DNA of 64,000 nucleotides from assembly GCA_002189035.1 (NCBI GenBank), contig NEEC01000026.1:558001-622000 (forward strand). The letters run 5' to 3'. Under the pieces are notes generated by a model, which saw only the letters and a program-made list of their open reading frames with translations, had not been told where the DNA came from and made no database searches. Positions 1 to 12,942 of the stretch are shown in pieces; positions within the stretch are counted from its first letter, which is position 1, and the number at the start of each line of letters is the position of its first letter. Made by a program: the position numbers and the translations under genes. Source of the DNA: Utricularia gibba (taxonomy: Eukaryota; Plantae; Magnoliophyta).

Positions 1-2943
1 TCATACCGGGAGATACACATAAGGCGACCTGCATTGGCACCAACTTGAACGCCGAGTTTGAAAAAAGGTTAGGGGAAACCCTAAGGAATAATGCCGATAT
101 TTTCGCCTAGACTGCTGCAGATTTTGTAGGAATCGATCGATCTGTCGATGAGCATCACATCGATACCTATTCGGGGGCAAAGCCGATTCGGCAAAAGCAG
201 CGGCACTTCTCTGAAGAAAAATGCCGAATCATCAAGGAGAAAACAAAAGAGCTTCTGGAAGCCGGTTACGTGAGGGAAATCCAATACTCGGAATGGGTAG
301 CCAACCCGATCGTGGTCCCCAAACCCAGGGGAAAATGGAGAATGTGTGTCGATTTCACCGATCTCAACGCTTGTTGCGAAAGGGATTCCTATCCCTTACC
401 AAAGATAGACAAGTTGGTGGACGCCATTGCCAGGTCCCGTTTCCTGAGCACCATGGATGCCTACTCTGGGTATCACCAAATTTTCATCGCGGAAAAGGAC
501 CATCCAAAAACAACCTTCTACACCAAAGACGGGGTTTACTGATGGGGTGACCTATCAGAGATTGGTAAACAAAATCTTTTCCTCCGAGATCGGAACTTCA
601 ATGGAGGTGTATGTGTACGATATGATCGTTAAGTCAATGAATGAAGAGGATCATTTGGCATATTTGACCTCCTGTTTTTCCTTGTGTCAGTCATACGGAT
701 TAAACCTCAACTCATTGAAATGTTGCTTCGGAGTGCAAAGTGGAAAATCCCTTGGACACTAGAGGGATCGAAGCTGACCTCGAGAAGATTAAGGCGATAT
801 GTGAAATGCAACCCGCATGGAACATAAAGGAATACCAAAGCCTTACGGGTAAACTGGCAGCCCTCAGCCGTTTCATATCGCGGTCAGCCGACAAGTCGCG
901 TCTTTCTTCAAGGCATTGAGAAAGGGAAATGCATTAGAATGGAACAAAGACTGTCAAGTCGCTTTCGAGAAGCTCAAAGAATATCTCTTCTTGCCTCCGC
1001 TTCTAGTTGCCCTGAGGGAAGGGGAGCCCCTAGGGCTCTACCTGTCAATATCCCCCGTTGCGGTAAGTGCAGTTCTGACAACTATCTCGGGAGATAAACA
1101 CTTGCCAGTGTATTATGTGAGCAAGGTCTTGCTGCCAGCTGAAACTTGATACGCAGTGATAGAGAAGTTCATCTTGGCTCTAAAAATAGCGGCCACCAAG
1201 CTCCGATCATATTTCCAGGATCAACACATCGTGGTATTCACTAATCAGCCCCTGAAGAGTATCCTATCTTGACCAGAGATTTCTGGGGGGTCGCAAAATG
1301 GGCGGTCGAATTGAGCACGATGGATATCGAGTTTAAATCGAGAACATCAATCAAGGCCCAACCACTTGCCGACTTCGTGGTCGAAATGACCCGGCCTATT
1401 GACCATGTATGTTGACGGTTCAACATGCAATGGGGCTGGAGGAGGCATAGACATATGGACTCTGGATGGGAACACATTTATATCATGGTAAAATTCTTGT
1501 TCCCCGCCTCCAACAACGTGGCCGAATATGAAGCCCTGGTAGAAGGAATGAAAATTTCCAGGGAGCTCGAAGTCGCGGAACTTTCAAGGAGTTCACCTAA
1601 TCCCATGTTGCGCAAGAAGAAAACGGACCCGTGGATAGTCTCTCCAAGTTCGCCGCAGGGTTTGACAGTCTGGTTGCAGGGTTCACCGTCAGTAACCTTG
1701 CGGGCAGTGAATCACATTACTCAGCAACCAGGGAACGACATCTCATCGCAACTGAACCTTTTCGAGGATTGGACATTACCCTATATTCGATACCTTCAAA
1801 GAGGAGAAACACCACCCAAAAAATCGGAAGCCAGACGGTTGGAGGCCAGAGCGAAGAGATATACGCTGGTGAACGGGAATCTTTATCGCAGATCCCTTGA
1901 CGGACCCCTATTGAAGTGTATAGGGAAGGAGCACTCTCAAGAGCTTATAACTGACTTGCATGTGGGAGAGTGTGGCGCTCATGTTGGCGTGCGATCCTTA
2001 TGCCGCAAGGTTTTGAGAAGTGTAAGGTGTGCCAATACCACGCCAACATCCCGAGAAAACTGGTAAACAATCTGACCGTTCTTCCACTCTCATGCCCATT
2101 TGACCGATGGGGGTAGATATTATGGGATCATTCCCCCAAACGTTAGATCAGAAAAAGTTTGTTATCGTAGGAGTCGAGTATTTTTCCAAATGGGTGGAAG
2201 CTGAATCTGTGGCTAAGATATCAGAGGAAGTGGTTATCCGATTTCTTTGGAGAAGCATCTTCATCCGATTTGAGATACCTCGAGAACTAGTGACCGATAA
2301 TGGGACCCAATTTGCGGGAGGAAGAATGGATGCTTTCCTAAACAAATATTCGGTCAAGCACAACTTCACTTCGATGTACCAATCTCAAAGTAATGGCCTT
2401 ACGGAGGTAACGAATCGAACACTCAGGTAGGGTATGAAGACCAAACTCGAAGACTACGGAGGATCATGGGCGGATCGGCTGGACGAAGTGTTGTGGTCGT
2501 ATCGTACCACCCCTCAGACCACTACGGAAGAGTCTCCTTTCTTGCAGGTTTATGGATCGGAAGCAGTGTGCTCGATTGAACTAACATTGAAGAGCTACAG
2601 GATTGAACACTATAATAAGGAGGAGAACGCCGACTCACGAAGATTGGAGTTGGAACTATTGGATGAAAAGCGACAAAATATTTATAGCCAACTAGGGGCT
2701 TATCAGAGAAGAACAGAAAGGAGCTACAATTGTTCCATATCCTTAAGGGAATTCTCATAAGGAGAATTGGTCCTCCAGGGCATCCAACCACAGACACACG
2801 TGGGAAAATTAGATCGCAACTGGGAAGGCCCTTACCGGGTTTCAAGAGTAATTGGGAAGGGAGCATATCGACTAGAGCAGTTAGACGGCGTGGAACTCCC
2901 AATATCCTAGAATGCGATACATTTGAGGAGATTCTACGCCTAG
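1..2943 (+). pseudogene. Gypsy pol remnant (RT-RH-aRH-integrase) with multiple stops and frameshifts
   Basis: WVANPIVVPKPRGKWRMCVDFTDLN and MDAYSGYHQI (RT); PVYYVSKVL (RH); FPASNNVAEYEALVEG (aRH, ~1500-1550); GVDIMGSF...VEYFSKWVEAE...VTDNGTQF (integrase). Split over many ORFs in the track. Confidence 0.92.
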
Positions 2944-3692
2944 CCATCTAGATACCGATCCCTATCATGGTCCTCTTTGGATTTGGTAATTTCTTTTCTT
3001 GGAACACCCAAACAATAATAGATTCCTCCAAAGCGAAGACGAGTTGGCTAGAAAACACAAGCCCTGGCCGGATTGCGTAAGCCCAGGCAATCTCTCCCAA
3101 CCTAGGTCATAAGCCTTGACTTTAGGTCCGTGCCCCTTCCCGGAGACAATAGATCAACTCAGGGTTTACACATGATTTTCTAAACCCGGGCACCCGTGAC
3201 GAGGATAAGCCCTGGTATAACTCAGGCACCGGTTCTCTAAAACTGTCGGCGTAAGCCCCGAAAAAGCCCTTAGATCAAAACCTTACTGCCGAATCTTGAG
3301 ACGGCAAGAGCACCCAGAGCAAATCCGTCCATGTTCAAAACAATGGGATTCCGGCCAGAAGAGGGCCCAATCGGATTGGGGAAGTCACTCAACCCATGAG
3401 GGGTCTTAGTCTACTTCTCTAGCGGCGGTCCCGCTCGCGTAAGGAAATACTAAGGCATCCAAAGATCAAAAAGCCTAGCCCAAGAGCTGACCCAAAGATA
3501 CCTACCCCCAAGTCACAAAGTCATCAGCGAACCCTCCAAATATAAGCCCCGCTAAGGGCACTGTAAACCAACTCGGGACAAGAAATAGTAAGAAAACAAA
3601 CTAGGTAAACTAAGTTGGAATTCCCAAAAGATCCGAAAACCCCAACATCAGGGAAAAAGAATGTTGTTTTTGCGAAAGCAGGAAAAAGAAAA

Positions 3693-6121
3693 CTAAAGTT
3701 CGAGAGAAGGAGGATCCGTAGGAGGATCAACAAAAGGGCCAACGTGCCCCTGTAGTCTTGCCCGCAGCCTGGTTTCGTTCTCCCGATCGAGTCTGGCGCG
3801 AATAAGTGCACCTAGGCGTTCCCAATCCACTTCGAAGCCGAATTCAAGTGCAGGAGAAATATTCGAGACGACGTCAAACATGTTCTCGTCCTTCGTCAAT
3901 GGGATGATCTTTTCAAAACGAGGATCCATAATGGATAGCTCGAACTCCTTACTGATCTGACGCCATTGCCGATACAAGAGTAGACCGATTAAATCACCAG
4001 CGTAGATGTCTGACAACTCGGAGAAGCATGCCGAGTTCACAAAGTTCTCCAAAACCTCCCTCCGGGACGCCTCTTGCTCGAATAGTTCGGCCTCTAAGGT
4101 CGAAACACGTTCTTTGCTCTACTTCAACTCCTCCTCAACCTTCCCAGAACGCATCTTGAAGTCTTCCTTTTCGAAGTTGGCATCGTTGATCGCCTTCCCC
4201 ATCTCTTTCACTAGGGTCTGCAGTTCCTCCTCCCGGCGGGTACGTTTTCTGAGCATATACCACAATGCATTCCCCTCTTCTCCCAATGATTTTATTTTTG
4301 CGTCCTATGCCTCAACTTGGGCTCGAAGCTGAGAAATTTCCTCCGAGGCGGACCCCAACCCTTTAGCCATCCCCCATCCAAAGGTCAAAGCCTAAAAAAG
4401 TTCATCATGTCAAAATAAGGTTATATCCGATTTCGAAAAAAAGTTACCTGAAAAATCCCCTTAACTTGGGATTTTATTTTTGCATTCCTACGCCTCAACT
4501 TGGGCTCGAAGCTGAGAAATTTCCTCCGAGGCGGACCCCAACCCTTTAGCCATCCCCATCCAAAGGTCAAAGCCTAAAAAAGTTCATCATGTCAAAATAA
4601 GGTTATATCCGATTTCGAAAAAAAGTTACCTGAAAAATCCCCTTAAGGATGATTTCCGGCTGAGCTTCCAAGGAACCTGGTGTCGCCTCCTCTAAGGCTT
4701 TCCGAAGCTCCGATGGAAAGGAGGAAGGAGGGAAGGCGGGATCCACCCCCGCCTGAACCGGTGGGTGGGAATCCCCCCTATTTCACTTGGAGGAAGCGAC
4801 ACGGATGCGGCAGCCGAAAAGTATCCCGCATCAGAAGTGGGTCCTCAACGGGTCGCGGTGAAGGAGAGAGCCTCCCCTTTCCTCTTCCTGAGGGGAGAGT
4901 GGTCGGCTCTCGGGTCCCATAATCCCCGATTATGGGATCCCCTTACGGGGAGTGATCAGCAGCGCCTGAGTGAGCTGCGGGAGAATCGATATGGGAAGAA
5001 GGTAACAGTCAGAATCGGTGTCTCAAAAAAAAAAAAAGAAGAAGAAAAGAAGAAGAAAAACCTGCATGGAGGGGCGGCGTCCGACTCTTGCACCCGACGC
5101 ATCTCAGCCGAGAAGCGGGCCATGACCGACTCCTCTAAAGCGCTTCTACGAGTCATATCTTCAGCTGCAAGTGAAAGATGGAAAAATGGTGAAATACTGA
5201 TGAAGAAATCGCAAGCCGGCGAAGCGGAACCTGACTACCTCTTATCCTTTTCGAAGGCTTCTGAACACAAGCCTTAACCCTCTTTCTTTTCTTTTGAGCC
5301 GGGGGACGAGTAGGAGGCTCAGGAGCCGGATCAGTGCTGGAGAGTGCGGCCGGATCAGAAGGAACATTACGCGGAGACTGCAAGAGGTGCCAATATTCCA
5401 AAGCGGAGCGTGGGGGAATAAGAAAATCGGGCCATTGCCCATCCCGATTGCGGCCGACGATCCCGCATGCCGACAAGGAGGCATGCGAAAGCATTGAGGC
5501 CTGGGACTCGACTCTGACGGAACACTCAGCTAGTCTCCGATATACATCTCTACGAGAGTCGTCAGAAGGGTGAAAGCGACCAAAAAGCTTTATTTTAAAA
5601 GGAGTGGGGGGTTTGATCGGAAAATTCCACCTAGCCCCAGACGGAGGAGCAACCCAAACAAAGGAAGACCACCAATTGTGGTGAGTGTCGGGAGCTTTGA
5701 GAATGAAATCAGGGTGATCCTCAAACCGGTGAAATTTGAAGTGAGAAAAACCGTGCATCGGACGTTTAGCTTTACGGACAGCAACTTTGAAAAGTTTGAA
5801 AAAATCCGTCAGGGTCAGATTCAGGTCCATACCCACCGAATAGAAGAGAAAGGTGGTAAAACAGAATATTGAATTGGGGGAAAGGCAAAAAAGAGGAATG
5901 GCGAATATGTTCAAGAATTGGACAATGAGGGGATGAAGAGGAAAACGAAGACCGCTCCCCAGATAAGCTAGGGGAATTGGAAGGCTAAATCAGGGGAGGG
6001 GTCGTTCCCCCGTCCCCCACGGAATCTGGCAGTCCCTGGCTTGACTAACAACATACTCATCGGGGATCGAGTATTTTGCCCAAATGATGGAAATGTTCAG
6101 CTCACTAGACTTTCTACCCAT
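3693..6121 (-). pseudogene. Antisense additional ORF of the Tat element: Transposase_28-like N-terminal domain plus coiled-coil C-terminus, apparently spliced
   Basis: Minus-strand translation gives KYSIPDEY, AYLGSGLRFPLHPLIVQFLNIFAIPLFCLSPNS and APDTHHNWWSSFVWV, resembling PF04195-type proteins. An E/K/L-rich coiled-coil runs from ~4330 to 4000. A GT..AG intron at 4392-4447 keeps the frame when removed. Stops and frameshifts are present. Confidence 0.75.
4288..4646. repeat. Near-identical direct tandem duplication, ~180 bp x2
   Basis: gattttatttttgc...aaaaatccccttaa occurs at 4288-4464 and again at 4470-4646. Confidence 0.93.
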
Positions 6122-6593
6122 TGAAACCGGAAGAATCGACGAACAAAAGTGGGAATGAATGGAAGGAGCCCTCAGGAACGGAAAACACAGATAAGGTAAC
6201 CAAAACCCCCAAGGAGGAAGAATAGGCCGATACCTGTAAAAACCTCGAATTCTAGCGGGATTCACGGCGGCGGAGCAAAGGACGAGCGCGGTGGGATTCA
6301 AAAAGTACTGGGATCTCGCGAGGGAACAAGGTGAACAAAGGGGAGAAGTGATGGGAGGAGCACGTATTTATAGAAAAGGTACTCGGAAGGTGAATCGACG
6401 CGACGCTTGAGGCGCCCAGGGTGAGCGGGAAAAACGTGGCATGACCTGGGGGTGACACGCGGCAAGGGATTCGTATCGAATGGGCCAGAGATTCGCCCCA
6501 GGGAAATAAATGCACTTGAAATCGGTAGGGTTACGATTCTGATTAGTCGATTTCCTCTGGTAGGGTCCACATCGGCAAATCAGAGGGGCTAAG

Positions 6594-7120
6594 TGATAGG
6601 ATACAAGCTAGTTGGGGATAATCGGTTTGTCAAAAAGGCTGCCAAGCGGGGTTTTTGATGAGATAATGTCTATCGACAGATTGATATCTATCAGAGGATC
6701 TGACAAGAGCGGCATGGTTTAGTCTGAAGAGTAACCGAATCACGGCAGAATGGGCGGTGATTATCTGAAAAGCAAGATCATAACACAAGTGCAGAGAGGT
6801 AGCCGACACCTGTGAAGCACATGATTCGGTCGGGTCGGTCCCCTTCCCCCCTTTATAAATAGAAGAAATCATGGCGAGAAAAGGATTGGACCTTAAGCCT
6901 CCTAGCTTGTACCTTTCTTCACCATCTCCATCTAGTAAAAGTTTTCCCCGGCGAGCTCCGCTAGCTCCGTTGTTTTTCCGCCTCACGGTGGTTTCCACGT
7001 AAAAAATCCTCTCCTACTTCCATTTCATCCAATCAAATCGAATAGATAGCAAAAAGTAAACAATATCACCTGCAACCCGAAAATCGACCCAGTCCAGCAT
7101 ACCGATTTTCACCCTTAACA
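6594..7120 (+). repeat. 3' LTR of the Tat element
   Basis: Follows the purine tract and starts TG. The end (gaaaatcg...gattttcacccttaaCA) matches the ends of the solo LTRs at 17215-17755 and 51099-51648. Confidence 0.85.
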
Positions 7121-7198
7121 ATAGCAATTTTACAAAAGAAACCAACAACTGTCTTTGAGGCAATCTTAACTTTTCATTGGAAAAAGGGTAAAAATGTC

Positions 7199-7290
7199 TC
7201 TCATAGATTCACCAAAGTGTAAAAATCTCATAGGCCTAAAATGGATCTTTAACATAAAAACCAACATAGATTGTAGCATTCAACTTTTGA
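7199..7290 (+). pseudogene. Short Ty1/copia reverse-transcriptase relic
   Basis: Translates LIDSPKCKNLIGLKWIFNIKTNIDCSIQ, resembling the copia RT start LVxLPxGKxxIGxKWVFKxKxxxDGSI. Confidence 0.5.
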
Positions 7291-8544
7291 GAGCAATCGA
7301 TAGCAATCCTCTTGTTCTCTCAATCATTCAAAAGGGAATCACATGAGGCTCCTTATAAAAGAGCATAAGGGAGAGTAAGCTATTCTTTGATCCTATAGTT
7401 TGTTATTTGGAAGAAAGCAATGAAAGTTGAGGTGATGAGAGACAAAGAATAAAAAAAAATCTTTTTTCAAAGAACTACTTCCCTTAATAAAGGTTCGTTA
7501 CGTATATTTCAATTTTTGTTTTAGTATTTCAAACCTCTCTTTCAAACCTGTATGAATTTGTAGTATGTTAATGCAAAACACTTTTTACAAAATTCAACTA
7601 TCAAATATTGACACTCATACTATGCTAAATTGTGTTTTACTTTTTTATAATTAAAATTTGTTAACAAAATGATATGTAACATATTGGTTCAACTGATCAT
7701 AACACTAAATTGCACTACTGATGTTATGTGACTCATAGGAAATTCCATTATGCTCTGATGTTGTTACATAATCATCATTCATCTATCAGCCACAATCATA
7801 TCTCATACACCAAGACTTATCATCAAAATCATGTTCTTCAACCTGTAATCATGAAAGATGTCTTTCAATCATATCTTTTTGTTAGGTGGGATTTTCACAT
7901 TCTTTAGCCATTTGCCATATGTGTTTCTCCAACCATACACTTGAATTCAACTAAACTTAGAAAAGATAAATTATATTATAATTATAAGAAAAATCTATAT
8001 AATCTATCCTAAACTTCTAATTGGGTAACTCTAATCACATTTAAACAAATAAAATAACATGAAATATGGTAGTAAAATTGCTTGGAACAACCGTAGACAT
8101 AATTGCTTGAGGGAGAAGTTTCATGAGAGAATTTGGTGAGATTAGAAAGTTCTTTGTGAATGGTATCTTTTAGAGTGTGCATAATGACTTGTATAAAGTT
8201 AGCAACATGTTTTTCAAATTGTTCTCGTGACAATTCAGCAATTCAGTGATCAACAATTTAAAAAAAGGATTGAAATTGTTGCATTTGCACTTGATGTGAT
8301 ACTTTAGTCTCCTTTAATGAATCTCTCAATAAGTGTTGGTTTGCTTCTAAGACAGTCAAGGGTTTGTTGAGCTTCAAAAGAGTTACGAGGATCCCACTAT
8401 AAGGTAAGGAGTTGTTCTTGTTGATGCTTGAACCTCTAGTCACTAGATTTGGGAATTAAATCAGCAAATTCCAAAAGATCCTCACACGGCAATTTTTAAA
8501 AGAAAACTTATTGCATTCTCTTCCACAGATACTTCATCTACGAC

Positions 8545-9908
8545 TAGAGATGCTCATGGGTTGGTTCTGGGTCGGTTCTATGCCAACCCAGAACCGACCC
8601 AACTATAAAGACAAAGACCCAGAACCAACCCAGACCCGATTAAGAACCGATAGACTCGGAACCGACCCAGAGCCGATTAAGAACCATGGTTCCTTATCGG
8701 TTATGGGTCGGTTCTGGATCCTTACCGGTTTCGGCTTTTACTAAAAACATTGAATTTGAAAGCTTTCAAACAATATAAAAACAATGCATTAAAAGGCACA
8801 GAAAGTTGGCAAACACTAGGAAAAATGTTCATACAAATTAAAAGGGCTATGTTTAATTTTGATACAAAAGTAGGGCTATTTCACACATTTGAACACACAT
8901 GTTTCTAAAAATCACATTGAAAACAAACGTATCCTGTAATTAATTTTAATACTCCCAAAATCGCTAATGTGGGCGACTGGAACCAGAAATGCAAAATTAG
9001 GCACCCATACCCAAAATTTGGGAATTGCGCAATTTTTGAAAGTATTCTTAATTTTCAAAAATATAAAAATTTTTGGGTGCATTAATTGGAATATAAAAAT
9101 TTGAAAATGAAATGATTTTATTATCCTAAATACTACAAAATAATTTTAATAAATAAAGAATATTCTTCTGTCTCCTAGATCATTTTTAAGACACCCACAT
9201 TGCCTCGTGTGGGTGTCTGGGAAGAGTGATTTCCAGGCACCCACATCTCTTATATGGGTGTCTGGGAAGAAGTATTTGAGATAGTTTTTTAGACACCCTC
9301 TTCCCTCATGTGGGTGCCTCGGGAGGGTGTTTGGAATGAGAGTTAGACGGCATCTACAAAATAATGCATTGTGTGGATGTCTGGGAAGAGTGATTTCCAA
9401 ACACCCACGTCTCTTGTATGTGTGTCTAGGAAGGAGTATTTGAGACAGTTTTCCATATACCCACTTCCCTCATGTGGGTGCCTCGGGAGGATGTTTGCGA
9501 GTCTGCAACCAAATTCCAGGCAACATGAAAAATCAAAAGACTACTCAAATCCACAAATCCAAATCTACATGGCTATCTTCGTCGGTGCAAAGCCCCCACT
9601 TCTTTCCACAAATATGGGCCTCATTGTCATTTAATTATTTATGTAATAATAATAATAAGTGTTAATAAATAATATGATGAAAACTTGCTGAGTAAATAAA
9701 TAATTATTTACAGCCCATGACCCAACATTCTTAGTGAAAAAACACTATCGGTTTTGCCTCGTATTTGGATATTTTCCCGTAGATCCAAAACCAATCCAGA
9801 ACCGACCGATTCTTCATTTAATGGACCCAAAACCGGTCAGAACCGACCTGAAAAACTGGGTCGGTTCCGATTGGTTCTGGGTCTGGGTGGGTCTTTTGAA
9901 CATCTCTA
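8545..9908. mobile_element. Non-autonomous hAT-family DNA transposon (1364 bp)
   Basis: TIRs TAGAGATGCTCA / TGAACATCTCTA. Perfect 8-bp TSD TCTACGAC at 8537-8544 and 9909-9916. Subterminal clusters of AACCGA/GGTTC motifs at both ends. No transposase ORF. Confidence 0.93.
9188..9497. repeat. Array of short hairpin-forming repeats, with a ~165-bp direct duplication, inside the hAT element
   Basis: Repeated agacacccac...gtgggtgtct palindromes. 9207-9330 is approximately repeated at 9372-9497. Confidence 0.8.
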
Positions 9909-10618
9909 TCTACGACCCAGCATGCTTTGATATCAATTGTTGTAATTTGTAAGAGTTGGAGAAGAAATTAGAGGTAGAAGATGAAGGAAGAAGGAAAGTA
10001 GAATTCTCATTTTCATGTCCGAATGAAGTACAAGATATGGATTTTCATAATTCGGATCAAGTATTTCTAATCAATTAGACAAAAAGGCGAATAGGCAAAT
10101 AAGATAAATTCTATGGTGTCCTTAGTCAATATTTCTTAAACTTAGAATTGGTTTGCTTGACATATTGCATGTGATGTATGTTATGTGTTATGTGGCAGAT
10201 GTGGAACTTGTAGGTATGATAGCTGGCAAAGGGGTCTTTTGGATCATGCCATCCAATATATATAAACAGATGTTGCTTGCTTGCTCCAGCTCCAACCCCA
10301 AATTTGTGTTGTTTCTCTTTTTAATAAATTCTTTAGGTGTGTGTGTGGACGACAGATGAAACGTGTCCGTGTTTTGGGATCCAAGGAAAATAAAAAGGAA
10401 CAGACAGAGGAAAGAAAAAGGAAAAAGAAACGAAATGAAACTCACCTCTCATCCTTCAAATAAAAAATTGAAAATGCATATTCGTGTGATGTTGCAGCAC
10501 TGACAGTCTGTCCACCCCCTCCCCCTCCCTCACCCGCCTCATCGAACCACCCACTGCTTCTCCAATTGTTTTCGCCCCTCCGCTCTTTTCTCTCTCTACG
10601 TTGCTGACCTGCTACTCC

Positions 10619-12942
10619 ATGGCCTCGCTGGTTGAGTCCACTTGGTTGGTAAGAATCATTCCTAGATTTGATGCTCACTCATAGATCGGCCCTTGATTAT
10701 TTTTTCTTGTAATCGTTCGGTTATTTATGCATGCTTGTGCATATGCACCGAGTAGAATTCGCAGTAGTCGGATTACCTGGACCTTCTTGGTTCATTTTTA
10801 GCCTTGGGGGTTGAGGTTTTCCTCATGTTCTAATGGTAAGCAGATCCGCGGCTATGAATTTTTGCAATGTGCCCAACAGTTAGGTCTGCGATGTAGGTGA
10901 TTCGTCATTTTATGGACAATCAGGAGTCCAATTTGGCACTTAATCTTTTCATTTCGTTCTAGCGAAATCGTGTGTTTTAGACGCTTCCGCTTGATTGTGG
11001 ATATTTGGACCTGCCGTTTTAATCATAAGCTTAAATGCAGATATTGGACTATTTGAAGTTCGATTTAGAATATCATGATTATCATTTGACACAATAACAG
11101 AGCTTCCAGGCTTTGCCTCTAGAGACGTTCTTGATTAGCCCTCATATTATGCTATTAAATTGTATTTGCTCATATTTGTGTTGTTCATGCAGTATCTGAT
11201 AAACCGCTTTAGTGACTTCCAACTGGCATGTATTGGAAGTTTCTTTCTTCACGAGAGTATCTTCTTCTTTGCTGGACTCCCATTTATAGTTTTTGAAAGG
11301 GCAGGATGGCTAAGCAAGTACAAGATTCAGGTAAGTTTTTGACTCACTTTTGCTCGTTCTGGTCATTGAACTTTGTGGTGTTGGTAGTAGGCTAAGGTTG
11401 TATTTTCGTGCAGTACGAACAATCCTATTAGTTGAGATGCAAACGATTTACTTTTTGGTGTTCCAAAGTCTATTGTGCTCTCATCGAAATGTGCAAGTAC
11501 TTATATGTCAGAAGCATTTGCTACAGATTTCGGATCGTGAAAGAAATGAATAGCATGATTAGTTGGCTGTGAAAATGTCTCACTTTTATGATTTACAATG
11601 TTTAATTGTTTCATTTGGAATAAGCAACCTTTTTCTATGCTTCTTCAAACGTGGAATATCGGCTTTGAAAGGTTCATGATGATATTTCTGCAGGAGAAAA
11701 ATAACTCTGTTGCAGCCCAAGAGAAATGCATCACTCGGCTCTTGCTCTACCATTTTTGTGTCAATTTACCTGTTATGATGGTTTCATATCCTCTCTTCAA
11801 ATTCATGGGCATGCGAAGCTCTCTCCCATTGCCTTCCTGGTACTTTCAGGTCCTTTATTTTCTCACACTTCAGTTCAGGTGACTGAACTGTTTGCCATGA
11901 TTCATAATTTAAAATAAGATAACTTCAAATCTTTTTATCTACTACGTTTTCTTTCCAATGTGATTGCATATACGATTTGTCTCTCAATACGCTTCCATTT
12001 TCAAGGTTGTCTCGGAACTTAATTGAATATATAGAAGTTAGCTTATATGGGATGGAACAACGCCCTTTTACCTGCGTCTGGTGTTGACAATCATTCTGGC
12101 TGTCTTTTTTATATTTTTTTCAGGAAGGTAATCTTTAGTCAAATTCTATTCTACTTCATCCTGGAGGATTTTGTGTTTTACTGGGGTCATAGGATTCTAC
12201 ATACGAAATGGCTCTACAAGCATGTCCACAGTGTCCATCATGAGTGAGTTATCTTGTAGATGATTTTCGAAAACATATGTATATGGAAATGAAAGTTCTA
12301 TTTTTGTGTAGATATGCAACACCATTTGGATTGACATCAGAATATGCGCATCCAGCGGAGATTTTGTTTCTTGGGTTTGCCACAATAGTTGGTCCAGCAA
12401 TAACTGGCCCCCATCTGATAACTCTGTGGTTATGGATGGCACTTAGAGTCCTTGAAACAGTTGAGGCACACTGTGGATACCATTTCCCATGGAGCCTCTC
12501 CAATTTTTTGCCTTTATATGGGGGTGCGTGCTTTTAGCGGATGCCTTGTCTATTTTTCTCTGAAATCACTTTTAATGATGGTCTTGTGTTCATCTGCAGT
12601 GCTGATTTTCATGACTATCACCATCGACTGCTTTACACAAAGAGTGGCAACTATTCATCAACTTTCGTTTACATGGACTGGTGAGATCACGTTTCCCTTT
12701 TTGTGTTTATTGTCAGGAGTTTCACAAGCGTTTTGATTCAGTGTGAAGGAATGAATGCCTGTGATCATTCTGTGGTGCTATGCTTGTTCCGCTTCTTAGA
12801 CTGAATGAATCATTTGAAGTTTGGATTTCACGTTCTCGCCATTTGTTTCTCCAGGATATTTGGCACCGATAAGGGTTACAGAAAATTGAAGGCCCTGAAG
12901 GCTGACGGGAGAGAAGAAGGGTCTGTCCGGAAGGACATGTAA
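10619..12942 (+). CDS. SMO2: Sterol 4-alpha-methyl oxidase 2 (methylsterol monooxygenase 2), 7 coding exons
   Basis: Exons ~10619-10648, 11193-11330, 11694-11839, 12124-12243, 12312-~12524, 12600-12680, 12855-12942, with GT-AG boundaries. His boxes HRILH, HSVHHEY and HDYHH present; MASLVESTW...WIFGTDKGYRKLK closely follows plant SMO2. The exon 5 donor is one base out of phase (see findings). Confidence 0.95.

Larger units (their letters stand above)
1..7120 (+). mobile_element. Ty3/gypsy LTR retrotransposon, Tat/Retand-like clade; 3' part only (5' end outside window), degenerate
   Basis: RT, RNase H, second (aRH-type) RNase H and integrase motifs in order, then a ~3.6-kb post-pol region with an antisense ORF, a purine tract AGAGGGG at 6582-6588 and a 3' LTR 6594-7120 (TGATA...TAACA). 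Dual RNase H plus long 3' region is typical of the Tat lineage. Confidence 0.92.

Noticed and set aside
6630-6998. Novel small protein family (similar ORFs at 6630, 17352 and 51378)
   Set aside because: The similarity is explained by all three lying in homologous LTRs; start positions and lengths are not conserved.
9188-9497. CRISPR-like repeat-spacer array
   Set aside because: Eukaryotic context, no unique spacers of regular length, no cas genes, and the repeats sit inside a hAT element.
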